Below the pieces are notes generated by a model. That model was not told the DNA's origin and ran no database searches. It saw only the letters and a list, made by a program, of their open reading frames with translations. Shown in pieces: positions 9,315-18,377 of a DNA stretch of 64,000 nt (positions are counted from its first letter, which is position 1; each line of letters starts with the position of its first letter). The stretch lies in sequence record LR756502.1, one strand, 5' to 3'. The position numbers and the translations under genes were made by a program.

Positions 9315-9705
9315 ATAGTATTGAGTCAATCTTTCTTTCTCTTTCCCATGATACTAAAACAGTATTTAGGTACTTTTCTATTTCTCTTGGGAAATTAACG
9401 TTCTGCTTTTTTACCTCATCATAGAATGCTTTTCCTTGTAGGTTTATCATTGATACGTATAGTGCGGTCATTATATCTTTATATCCATCAACCTCTATAT
9501 CTTTACCGAGTACGTTATATGTTGTCTTTACTGATGCAATTGATAAGTGGTTATTTGTTACTGTAGTTACTGTGGTTGCCATCATGTTCGCTATGGTGTT
9601 GGTAGCAGTAGAACCATACACAATTGATGATTGTGTCAATGTAGATATTGTGAGTGTGCTTGATGTGCTAGATGTTGCGAAGTTCATTCCGATATTTAAA
9701 TTCAT
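9313..9705 (-). CDS. Hypothetical protein, Ser/Thr-rich N-terminus, C-terminal tag
   Basis: Ends SWERERKIDSIL. Confidence 0.7.
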   Translation of the reverse strand: MNLNIGMNFATSSTSSTLTISTLTQSSIVYGSTATNTIANMMATTVTTVTNNHLSIASVKTTYNVLGKDIEVDGYKDIMTALYVSMINLQGKAFYDEVKKQNVNFPREIEKYLNTVLVSWERERKIDSIL

Positions 9706-9738
9706 ATTGGATTATATTAAATATTGGAAATAAGTTTA

Positions 9739-11316
9739 TTACTTAACAAGTAAGTGAGGTGCTGACCATGTTGACTCTGACTTTGCGAAACTAACAATCT
9801 TTGATATTACTTTATTTGCTTCAATTTGTGGCATACTCTCTAACCATTCTAGAATAATTATAGATTGCATTCTTGAATTTTGGTCGGGAGTTTTTATTGT
9901 ACCAGTACTTATATCATCATAGAATATTTCTTGTAGATCTCTATCTTTGAACCTAAATCTCTCCTTATCAAGTAATTCAGCTATTTCCTCTTTATCTGTT
10001 GATGTTCTTATAAATTCCTTTATCTTAAAAAACTTTGGACCCATTATCGATTCTAAAATAGATCCAGCTTTACCACTCATGTGCTTTGCCTTTTTAGAAC
10101 CTTTTACTTCTAGTGATACTGATGAGTTGGTTGTTCTATCAAATGTCCTGCATTGAATCTCACTTCCACCAAAGAACTTTGATTTTTTACCAAATTTATA
10201 GGAGAAGTTTATTGTAACCGTTTTCTTATCATTGCTCATTTCATATCCATCATATTTGTGTATTGCTTTTTTAGGGTCAGCATTTACTATTGATAGGCTA
10301 CCAACATTTGATCCTTGTTTTAGTGATACTCCAATCAATCCTTTGTTATTTAATATAGAATCCATCAAGAATGAGTTCAAATCATCTATATCCGAGTTAC
10401 TTTCATACTCCTCCTCTTCGATATCGCCTAAACTCTCATATTTATCAAAGTCCTCCATGGTCCACTCATATCCATCAAATATTATCCATATATCACTTGG
10501 ATTCCACTTAGCTAGTGATAGTCTAGTTGGTAGGTCAATAATACCATAGTCATCATCAACTGGTATAGTTGCAAACTTACCGGTGCCTTTCGCTGTTGAC
10601 TCATCTTTTAGATATGTTGCTGCTACTTGATTTATTAATAAGTCTGTTGTGTTTTTTATAACATATGATACATTCTTAATGTCTTCGCCAAGATACGCTA
10701 TTAGCTTTCTACATTGGTCTCTCATAGCATTAACTGCTTGTATATTTTCACTCATAAAAGTATCATACTCATGTCTAAAGGCTCCTCTCTCATCATCCGA
10801 GATTTGAGATGTTCCGTCATTATTATATGCCATTTTTATAAAACCTCTATTTGATGATATCCTTAACTCAACCCTTTTTTCCGCCCACGCTTCAATTGCT
10901 AGTGTAATTATAAATGCTGTTTCTCTGAAGTGCTCACCTCTTTTGGCTGCTCCTACTTTATCTAACTGCCTAATCATTGTAGTTCTACTCCCTTTTTTAG
11001 CAACTGCCCAAGGAAATAATTTAGATGACGTTTGGTATATCATTAGCTCATCTATTAATGATCCACTGATTCCTAATTTTGACTTTAGTTCCGAGAATTT
11101 TATCTTTTGGATTGATGATGGTTTTAACCATAATACCTCTGTGTTTGCTGATGGTCTTTTTCTAGAATATGATAGAGTCATATCTTCTGTAATTCCAAAC
11201 CTATCGATGGCTAGTCTTCCATTTCTCGATAATATATAATTGATTCCTTCTTTAGTGCTATCTAATGTAGCCTCATTGACTTGTTGAAATCCTAAAAAAT
11301 TTGAAATAAATCTCAT
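9739..11316 (-). CDS. Putative PD-(D/E)xK-fold nuclease-like phage protein with N-terminal leader
   Basis: KWNPSDIWII...LIGVSLKQ motif pair; starts MRFISNFLGFQQVNE; TAATATATAG at 11321-11330. Confidence 0.55.
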   Translation of the reverse strand: MRFISNFLGFQQVNEATLDSTKEGINYILSRNGRLAIDRFGITEDMTLSYSRKRPSANTEVLWLKPSSIQKIKFSELKSKLGISGSLIDELMIYQTSSKLFPWAVAKKGSRTTMIRQLDKVGAAKRGEHFRETAFIITLAIEAWAEKRVELRISSNRGFIKMAYNNDGTSQISDDERGAFRHEYDTFMSENIQAVNAMRDQCRKLIAYLGEDIKNVSYVIKNTTDLLINQVAATYLKDESTAKGTGKFATIPVDDDYGIIDLPTRLSLAKWNPSDIWIIFDGYEWTMEDFDKYESLGDIEEEEYESNSDIDDLNSFLMDSILNNKGLIGVSLKQGSNVGSLSIVNADPKKAIHKYDGYEMSNDKKTVTINFSYKFGKKSKFFGGSEIQCRTFDRTTNSSVSLEVKGSKKAKHMSGKAGSILESIMGPKFFKIKEFIRTSTDKEEIAELLDKERFRFKDRDLQEIFYDDISTGTIKTPDQNSRMQSIIILEWLESMPQIEANKVISKIVSFAKSESTWSAPHLLVK

Positions 11317-11354
11317 AAGACTATATATTAAATTATATCTACTAATTTATTAAA

Positions 11355-13202
11355 TCACTTAAGTAATTCTGTTTTTCTGAGATCTGAGTTTTTACCAAAC
11401 CAAGTTTCCAATGCATCCGCAGATACATCATCTTTTGTTATTTGAGTCATCTTTGGTGTATTTATAATTGCGTTATACTCATCATCAACAAGAGCACCTA
11501 ACCCCTTCTTGTATTTGATCTCAAATTGTTTCAGATCATTTTTTTCAGCCCACTCGTTATACTCAGTTTGTGTATAGAATAGAACCTTACTAGATTTTCC
11601 TTTTTTTGGTATAGCAACAACAATTGGTGTTTCAACCTTGTATATCATCTTCCTATCAAACATTTCCGGCCAATATTTATGAAAAAAGTTTAGTAATAGA
11701 GCGGATATTGAATTACCATCAACATCTGCATCTGTGTAGAATAAAACCCTTCCATATCTAAGATCCCTAAGATCTGGTGATTGTCCTAGCTTTAACCCAA
11801 TAGACGCCATTAGGTTAACAGCCTCTTCATTTTGTACTAATTTTGCATTATTCATTTCAGAGACATTGATGAACTTACCTCTTAAAGCAAATGCTCCCAT
11901 AGTTTCCGGTACTCTATACTTTCTGAAAGCTCCTGCCGCTGAGTCCCCTTCAAACAATGCAAGTGAACATTTCCATCTATCCTTACTTTTAGCATCTATA
12001 AGCTTTTCAACCTTAATTTTACCTAACTTTTTATTTAATTCCCTCTGTAGTTTATTGTCATCCGCATTTTTCTTTTGTTGAATCCAATCTAGTATTGAAT
12101 TAACTATTTCTGATTTAAGTATTGATTGTATTAATTTGTTTGATACCTCAAATGTTGACCCAAAGTCTTTAATCTCTGTTATTAGCTTTTCTTTTGTTTG
12201 TGAAGAGAATGATGGGTTAATAACTGTTGAATCTAAAAATAAAAACATATGATTCTTTAACTCTGATGGTTTAATATCCACTTTATGCTTTTTAGCAAAG
12301 AATTCACGAAGTGCTGCTATTATTTGATTCATTACATAATCAACGTGAGTCCCACCGTCATATGTTTCTGTTGAGTTGGCAAAACTAACCTGTTGAAACC
12401 CATTCTCTGATAGAGCTATTCCAAGTGACCAAGTTTTATCTTTCTTAAACTCATAGAAGTACTCAGGTACATATAGTTTTATGTAGTCCTCAAATGATTT
12501 AATATTTATAAGAGTTCCGTTAAAGTATATTTTAAGAGATGTGTTACATGCTGCTAGGTCATAGACTCTCTTTTGTATCATTTTATAGTGATCATCATCA
12601 ATTGATGTTAGTCCAAATCTTTCTAAGTCAGGTATATATGATATCTCTGTGAATCCTTTAGATTGCTTTTTTATTTTAGCTTGAGTTCTATCTCTCATAT
12701 TATTTGAGAATGCTTGATAGAAGTGGTTAGTGCCATCACAAGTTGATATTTCAAATTTTAATGAATATATGTTTGTTAGAGTTGATCCAACACCATTTGT
12801 TCCAGCCCAAGATCTTTCCTCAGTATCATCAAAGTTAGCTCCTGCTTTAAGGTTTGAGAACACCATTTCTGGTATCCATTCTTTGTGTTCTGAGTGTTTG
12901 ATAACTGGTATACCGCCATTATCCCATATTAATATTTGATTTGTATCTCTATTTAGATCTACTTTTATTATACTTAGCTTAGATCCTTTTCTCTTACTCT
13001 CATCTACTGAGTTTGTTACAATCTCATCGAATATTTTAAGAAATCCTGGATTATAGGTGACTTCCTTTTGAGACATTTTATTCTCATCATCTATTAGCCA
13101 TTTTTGTGCGGTGTGCGGTTTTATTGATCCAATATACATGCCCGGTCTCTGTAAGACATGATCTATATCGGAAAGTTTTTTGAATTTCTTATCTACTGAC
13201 AT
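11355..13202 (-). CDS. Phage type II DNA topoisomerase large subunit (gp39+gp60-like, ATPase-TOPRIM)
   Basis: HVLQRPGMYIGS, FDEIVTNSVDE, GTNGVGSTLTN, LFEGDSA, ALRGKFIN, YTDADVDG, YKKGLG. Confidence 0.95.
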   Translation of the reverse strand: MSVDKKFKKLSDIDHVLQRPGMYIGSIKPHTAQKWLIDDENKMSQKEVTYNPGFLKIFDEIVTNSVDESKRKGSKLSIIKVDLNRDTNQILIWDNGGIPVIKHSEHKEWIPEMVFSNLKAGANFDDTEERSWAGTNGVGSTLTNIYSLKFEISTCDGTNHFYQAFSNNMRDRTQAKIKKQSKGFTEISYIPDLERFGLTSIDDDHYKMIQKRVYDLAACNTSLKIYFNGTLINIKSFEDYIKLYVPEYFYEFKKDKTWSLGIALSENGFQQVSFANSTETYDGGTHVDYVMNQIIAALREFFAKKHKVDIKPSELKNHMFLFLDSTVINPSFSSQTKEKLITEIKDFGSTFEVSNKLIQSILKSEIVNSILDWIQQKKNADDNKLQRELNKKLGKIKVEKLIDAKSKDRWKCSLALFEGDSAAGAFRKYRVPETMGAFALRGKFINVSEMNNAKLVQNEEAVNLMASIGLKLGQSPDLRDLRYGRVLFYTDADVDGNSISALLLNFFHKYWPEMFDRKMIYKVETPIVVAIPKKGKSSKVLFYTQTEYNEWAEKNDLKQFEIKYKKGLGALVDDEYNAIINTPKMTQITKDDVSADALETWFGKNSDLRKTELLK

Positions 13203-13281
13203 TTAAAAATAATAAGATTTTTTATTATATATCAGAATTTTATTGATTTGTTTTATCTAAGTATTTCATATAGGTGTCTAA

Positions 13282-13524
13282 TTACTCTCCTTCCATTTTA
13301 CTAAGTCTTGTGTAATAGTCAGGTATTTCTCTTAGGTGTGACTCCGCTATTTTCTTGTAGAATTCCATTTCGGACCAAGGCATTTGAACATTAAATGATT
13401 CAAGGTAACTATCTAGTTGTCTATATACATCACCATGTTCTGATTCTATCTTGATTCCTATTTCTAGTTGTTCTTGATCAAAATTATTATTTGATTCATT
13501 TATTTTATCTGTAAATTTTCTCAT
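13282..13524 (-). CDS. DUF5661-like small protein with N-terminal leader
   Basis: QLEIGIKIESEH...HLREIPDYYTRLSKME; starts MRKFTDKINES. Confidence 0.6.
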   Translation of the reverse strand: MRKFTDKINESNNNFDQEQLEIGIKIESEHGDVYRQLDSYLESFNVQMPWSEMEFYKKIAESHLREIPDYYTRLSKMEGE

Positions 13525-14196
13525 TTAATTATTTGGTTTTAATGGTATCTCTGGATTAATCTCAAATTGTTCATTAAGATATTTTCTTAATTCATTCTCT
13601 ATATAATGGTCCGGTACTTCTGTGGATGGATCAATTTCACCCATTTTCTTTGCTAAGTGTAGTGAGAACTTATGTACAATTTCTGGCTTAACTGCTTCTA
13701 TTAGTCTATCTGATACAACAAAAGCTCTTGTGAATCTATCCTTAACTTTTATCTCACCTTCCATAACCTTCATTGTGCTATCTATTATCTTCTTTAGGAA
13801 TGCTGAATAGTCACTACCAGGGTCTGCTAGTATTGGTGCTATTACCTTATTAAATGCTCTCGATGTGCCAAGTATATACCCTAGTATTGCTAGAATAGGA
13901 AAGAATGGGGCAAGTGCTATTGGTATTAATCTGTGTGCCATTTTAACAACTCCGACTTTTAGATCTGCTTTTTTCCTTGCTTCTATAGCATCTAAGAATA
14001 TAGCCTTTAATATACCAAATGTAAACTTTGTTCCTTTCTCTTTAAGATATTCCGCCAAGTGTCCTTTATTAGCTGATATTATATGATTTTTTAATTCATC
14101 TTCATCAGTTATACCAAGCCTTATTAGTTCGGTTTTGATATTACTATCAAATTTCTCTAAAATTAAAAAATGATTATATTTTATTATGTTCTTCAT
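13525..14196 (-). CDS. Hypothetical protein with N-terminal leader and central hydrophobic segment
   Basis: Starts MKNIIKYNHFLILE; hydrophobic LIPIALAPFFPILAILGYILG. Confidence 0.7.
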   Translation of the reverse strand: MKNIIKYNHFLILEKFDSNIKTELIRLGITDEDELKNHIISANKGHLAEYLKEKGTKFTFGILKAIFLDAIEARKKADLKVGVVKMAHRLIPIALAPFFPILAILGYILGTSRAFNKVIAPILADPGSDYSAFLKKIIDSTMKVMEGEIKVKDRFTRAFVVSDRLIEAVKPEIVHKFSLHLAKKMGEIDPSTEVPDHYIENELRKYLNEQFEINPEIPLKPNN

Positions 14197-14239
14197 TTAG
14201 CTACAAAAACAAAACTTATATTTTCTTATATATAAATTT

Positions 14240-15583
14240 ATGATGATTGAAAAGTCTATATCTGAATTTCTATCGAATGAGTATAAGGAATTCGCAATGT
14301 ATGTTGTTGAAGGTAGAGCAATACCTTCTGTAATTGATGGTTTCAAACCAACTCAGAGAAAAGTAGTTCATGTATCAAACCAGGTTTGGAAGACAGGAAA
14401 TGAAAAATCCCTTAAAGTATTCCAATTGTCTGGTAAGGTTGCTAGTGATTGCTATTATCATCACGGTGATTCTAGTTTGTCAAATGCTATAATAAATATT
14501 GCTCAACGATTTAAGAATAATGCTCCATTACTAGAAGAGATTGGTCAATTTGGATCACTTAGATCTCCACAAGCCAGTGCTCCTCGATATATTGAAACAA
14601 AACTATCTGATAACTTCAGATTACTTTATAAGGATTTTGAATTACTTGATTATAAAGAAGAAGAAGGTGAAGTTATTGAACCTAAATTCTTCCTACCAAT
14701 TATACCAACAGTTTTGATAAATGGTGGGTCCGGTATCGCTGTTGGATTTGCTTCAAATATTTTAAATAGAAATGTTACTGAAATAATAGACTCTTGTGTT
14801 AAAGTTTTAAGTGGTAAAAGAGCAAGTGATGTTAGTCCAAGTCTAAATTCATTCAATGGTACATATACTGTCGATCCAGATAATAGTAAAAGATGGGTTA
14901 TTAGAGGTAAATTTGAAAGAGTAAATACATCAACTGTTAAAATAGTAGAGCTATCACCTTCAATGACATATGAGAAGTATGAAGAGATATTGGATAAACT
15001 TGTTGAGAATAAAGAAATTGTTTCATATGATGATAATTGCAAGGATAACATTGATTATACATTAAAGTTTACTAGAGTTGATTTAGAGGCACTTGATGAT
15101 GATAAGTTATATAAGCTACTTAAGCTTGAAGAGGCACAAACTGAAATATACTCAACACTTGATGAGAGAGGTAAGCTAAAGATATTTGAAGCAACAAGTG
15201 ATATTATTCAATATTTTGTTGACTTTAGACTTACATATTATCACAAGAGGAAAGAGTTTATGCTCGATAAGCTAAACAATGAGTTGAAAATACTTAGTAA
15301 TCGTGGGAGATTTATAAAGGCCATACTTGATGAGAAGATTAAAATAAATAATGTTGCTAAACAACAGATAATTGACCAGATTGAGCAGATTGGTCTAGAG
15401 AAGATTGATGAATCTTATGATTATTTATTAAGAATGCCTATCTACTCATTAACTAAAGAATTATTTGATAAACTGAAGGAGGACTTCTCTGCAAAGAAAG
15501 AAGAGATTCAGAAGTTACAATCAACTGACCCTAAGGATATGTATGTGACTGACTTGTCAGATCTGAAAAAGAAATTCAAATAA
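14240..15583 (+). CDS. Phage type II DNA topoisomerase breakage-reunion subunit (gp52-like)
   Basis: RAIPSVIDGFKPTQRK, YHHGDSSL, catalytic ASAPRYI, PIIPTVLING..GIAVGF, YLLRMPIYSLT. Confidence 0.95.
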   Translation: MMIEKSISEFLSNEYKEFAMYVVEGRAIPSVIDGFKPTQRKVVHVSNQVWKTGNEKSLKVFQLSGKVASDCYYHHGDSSLSNAIINIAQRFKNNAPLLEEIGQFGSLRSPQASAPRYIETKLSDNFRLLYKDFELLDYKEEEGEVIEPKFFLPIIPTVLINGGSGIAVGFASNILNRNVTEIIDSCVKVLSGKRASDVSPSLNSFNGTYTVDPDNSKRWVIRGKFERVNTSTVKIVELSPSMTYEKYEEILDKLVENKEIVSYDDNCKDNIDYTLKFTRVDLEALDDDKLYKLLKLEEAQTEIYSTLDERGKLKIFEATSDIIQYFVDFRLTYYHKRKEFMLDKLNNELKILSNRGRFIKAILDEKIKINNVAKQQIIDQIEQIGLEKIDESYDYLLRMPIYSLTKELFDKLKEDFSAKKEEIQKLQSTDPKDMYVTDLSDLKKKFK

Positions 15584-15891
15584 TGTTTACATTAGTAGAC
15601 CATATATCTCATCGAGATAATCCTTTTGGTTTGATATTTTGGTATGTTATACTAGAAGATGAGAATGGTGATAATTTCTTTGACCATTTCTCCACAGAGG
15701 ACTATGATTCAATTAATCTCAGTGATTCGGTTACTAGAGCAGTTCCAATTGAATTAAGTCACATTGAGTTATATTTTGAAGTTTATTTATCTGGTGATAG
15801 TAAAATGGAAATTAGTCATTACAGAAAAATAGAATCTATAAAGTGTAGATTAGAAAGAGAAAGTAAAATCAATTATATACTGGGACAATGA
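15583..15891 (+). CDS. Hypothetical protein with C-terminal tag
   Basis: Ends RLERESKINYILGQ; coupled via TAATG. Confidence 0.7.
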   Translation: MFTLVDHISHRDNPFGLIFWYVILEDENGDNFFDHFSTEDYDSINLSDSVTRAVPIELSHIELYFEVYLSGDSKMEISHYRKIESIKCRLERESKINYILGQ

Positions 15892-16217
15892 TTAATATTA
15901 AATTTAATGGATGGGAAGTAGTAGCATATTCAAGTGAAGTTGAGCATCACTCAATAAAAGAGATGTTGACAGTTTTTATCTCAAGGGATAATGAATACTA
16001 TTTTATACATGATGAGTTAGATAAAATAAGAGATGTTATTGGTATGCCGAATTATATAAGTGATGATTGGGTAAATTATAACAAGAAGGAGGTAAATGAG
16101 AAGATTTTGGACAAATACATTAAAGAATTCTCCGAAGTTGGGTTAATGGAATCACAATACATTGCATCTGAACTTAAAAGTATTAAAAGAAACCTTATTA
16201 TAAAGAAGATAATATAA
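15888..16217 (+). CDS. Hypothetical protein with variant C-terminal tag
   Basis: Ends SIKRNLIIKKII; ATGA overlap. Confidence 0.7.
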   Translation: MINIKFNGWEVVAYSSEVEHHSIKEMLTVFISRDNEYYFIHDELDKIRDVIGMPNYISDDWVNYNKKEVNEKILDKYIKEFSEVGLMESQYIASELKSIKRNLIIKKII

Positions 16218-16219
16218 AT

Positions 16220-16251
16220 TTTGTTATAAGTAAATATTTTCCGTATATTTG
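16220..16251 (+). promoter_or_regulatory. Bacteroidota primary-sigma promoter (-33 TTTG, -7 TAnnTTTG)
   Basis: TTTG 16220-16223, 20-nt spacer, TATATTTG 16244-16251. Confidence 0.75.
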
Positions 16252-16267
16252 TATAAATATATAGAAT

Positions 16268-16459
16268 ATGAGTCTAAAACATTTACTATCTAGAAAAGAT
16301 TTTGATCCTAAGCCTAAATCACCTGATTTATCAAAGTTTGCTGAGGTCGGTAAAAAACACTGCCAGGGTAAATGTGATAGAAAGGTAATTATGACTAGTG
16401 ATGGTCCCGTTGTTGCTTGTGTGGCTTGTAATCGAATAGTTATTGATAATAGAAAATAA
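16268..16459 (+). CDS. Small Zn-ribbon-like protein
   Basis: HCQGKC...CVACNR Cys pairs; directly behind the promoter. Confidence 0.65.
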   Translation: MSLKHLLSRKDFDPKPKSPDLSKFAEVGKKHCQGKCDRKVIMTSDGPVVACVACNRIVIDNRK

Positions 16460-16494
16460 GTACAATTAATTAACCTCTTGCTAATCCAATAAAC

Positions 16495-17088
16495 ATGTTT
16501 CAATCTTCAAAAACAGTTAAGCAGTTATTCTATGCCAATGTTGCAATTTTTATAATTGGTCTTTTACTGGAAGTGATAAATTTCCCATTCTATCAAACAT
16601 TTGCGCTATATCCAAAAGAGGGATTTATGTATCATCAATTGATAACACATCAATTTTTACATGGTGGGTTTATGCATATAGCATTTAATATGTTGGCTCT
16701 TCTTTCAATTGGTGCTCCCGTTGAGGACTATCTTGGTAGAAATAAGTTTATAATATTCTATCTAATGTGTGGTCTTGGATCTGCATTTCTTCACATGTAT
16801 ATGGTTAATTCTTCCGTTCCACTTGTTGGTGCTTCTGGTGCTATATATGGTATTCTTTTAATGTTTGCTATAATATCTCCAAATGAGAAAATATACTTGT
16901 TTGGGTTGATTGGTATGAGAGCGAAATATTTAGTTGGTGTATTATTTGGTGTTGAGATATTATTAGGTTTCTTATCAACTAATGATGGTATTGGTCACTT
17001 TGCACATATTGGTGGTGGGTTAACTAGTATATTACTAATACTTGTTGATAAATATCTTCCTAAAAAAAGAAAGAAAAGATGGTCGTAA
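16495..17088 (+). CDS. Rhomboid family intramembrane serine protease
   Basis: HQFLHGGFMHIAFNM, catalytic GASGAIYG and HFAHIGG; about 6 TM segments. Confidence 0.92.
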   Translation: MFQSSKTVKQLFYANVAIFIIGLLLEVINFPFYQTFALYPKEGFMYHQLITHQFLHGGFMHIAFNMLALLSIGAPVEDYLGRNKFIIFYLMCGLGSAFLHMYMVNSSVPLVGASGAIYGILLMFAIISPNEKIYLFGLIGMRAKYLVGVLFGVEILLGFLSTNDGIGHFAHIGGGLTSILLILVDKYLPKKRKKRWS

Positions 17089-17390
17089 ATATAGGAGATA
17101 CATTTAGAATTGATATGACTGAGGCGGTGAAAATTTTATATCCAAATATTTTGCGATGTAAATTTCCTAATAAGACATTCGTTGTAGAAAGGTTTAGCAA
17201 GAGCTCTAGGTCTGTCTATTATATAGATAATAGAACATCGAGTAAATGTGAGTGTGTGCTTTGTGATATGACTCCACAAGATAAATTCAGTGACCGTAAG
17301 ATGAAATGTGTTTCCGTAAATTTTATCATTATTACTGAAACAAAATTACAGAGAGAAAGAAATATAAAACTTAAACAAATATTAAAATGA
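17079..17390 (+). CDS. Hypothetical protein (Cys cluster) with C-terminal tag
   Basis: CECVLC; ends QRERNIKLKQILK. Confidence 0.7.
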   Translation: MVVNIGDTFRIDMTEAVKILYPNILRCKFPNKTFVVERFSKSSRSVYYIDNRTSSKCECVLCDMTPQDKFSDRKMKCVSVNFIIITETKLQRERNIKLKQILK

Positions 17391-17953
17391 AAGATAGATT
17401 ACTAATAATTGACTTAGACGAGACTATTATACACTCAGAGTCTTTTCCCGGTGATGATTATCTTGATAAGGGATCTTATGATTTTTCTTTTTCGATTGAT
17501 AATGAGTTCATCTATACAAGAAAGAGACCATTTTTAAAAGAGTTCATTGAATATGCCTTTTCTAACTTTAAAGTTGCTATATGGACCGCATCTGATGAGG
17601 TATATGCTAATACTATACTAGAGAAATGTAAAATACCTATATCTGAGTTAGAGTTCTTTTGGGCAAGAGATAGATGTACTATTAAAATGGACTATAATCT
17701 AAACAAATACTATGGGGTTAAGAACCTTAATAAGGTAAGAAGGTCTCTTAATTGGGATCTAAAAGATGTTCTTATAGTTGATGATATATATGCAACTGCT
17801 GAAAATAATTATGGTAACCTTATAAAGATAGAACCATTTGATTTTCAGAAAAATGATTCCGAGTTATTAAAATTAATTTCATACTTGGAAATCATAAAGG
17901 ATCAAGGTGATTTTAGAAGAATAGAGAAAAGAGGATGGTCAAATAGAAAATAA
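17387..17953 (+). CDS. HAD-superfamily NIF/FCP1-like phosphatase
   Basis: LLIIDLDETIIHS (DxDxT), KRPFLKEFI, IWTAS, LIVDD. Confidence 0.85.
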   Translation: MKDRLLIIDLDETIIHSESFPGDDYLDKGSYDFSFSIDNEFIYTRKRPFLKEFIEYAFSNFKVAIWTASDEVYANTILEKCKIPISELEFFWARDRCTIKMDYNLNKYYGVKNLNKVRRSLNWDLKDVLIVDDIYATAENNYGNLIKIEPFDFQKNDSELLKLISYLEIIKDQGDFRRIEKRGWSNRK

Positions 17954-18000
17954 ACATTATTTAAAATACCATATATAACCCTATAATAAAACCAAAAACT

Positions 18001-18369
18001 ATGAAATATTTAAAAATTATGATGATATCTTGTTTATCTATGATGTCATTTACAATGAAGTCTCAATCCATTAATACATTTGATGTGATTGAAAATGGAA
18101 ATGTTCAGGAATCTGAAATTCCAAAGTATAAAGCGGCAATTCTGTCTTCCAATATGGAAAGCTATAGAAATAAATCAACTAGAGATACATTATCCTTCGA
18201 CAATGGTTTGAAATTTGTTTTATATTCCGCTCAAGAGTTATATATTCTTGGTTACGTTATATCCCCTAATGACTATGACTCCTATAGGGATCCAAAGTAT
18301 ACCAATCCAATATTCTATTTAAGTGATACTGGATATTTAATCGCATTATATAATCACATTGAAAAATAA
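18001..18369 (+). CDS. Secreted hypothetical protein
   Basis: Sec-type signal MKYLKIMMISCLSMMSFTMKSQ. Confidence 0.7.
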   Translation: MKYLKIMMISCLSMMSFTMKSQSINTFDVIENGNVQESEIPKYKAAILSSNMESYRNKSTRDTLSFDNGLKFVLYSAQELYILGYVISPNDYDSYRDPKYTNPIFYLSDTGYLIALYNHIEK

Positions 18370-18377
18370 TAAAACCT

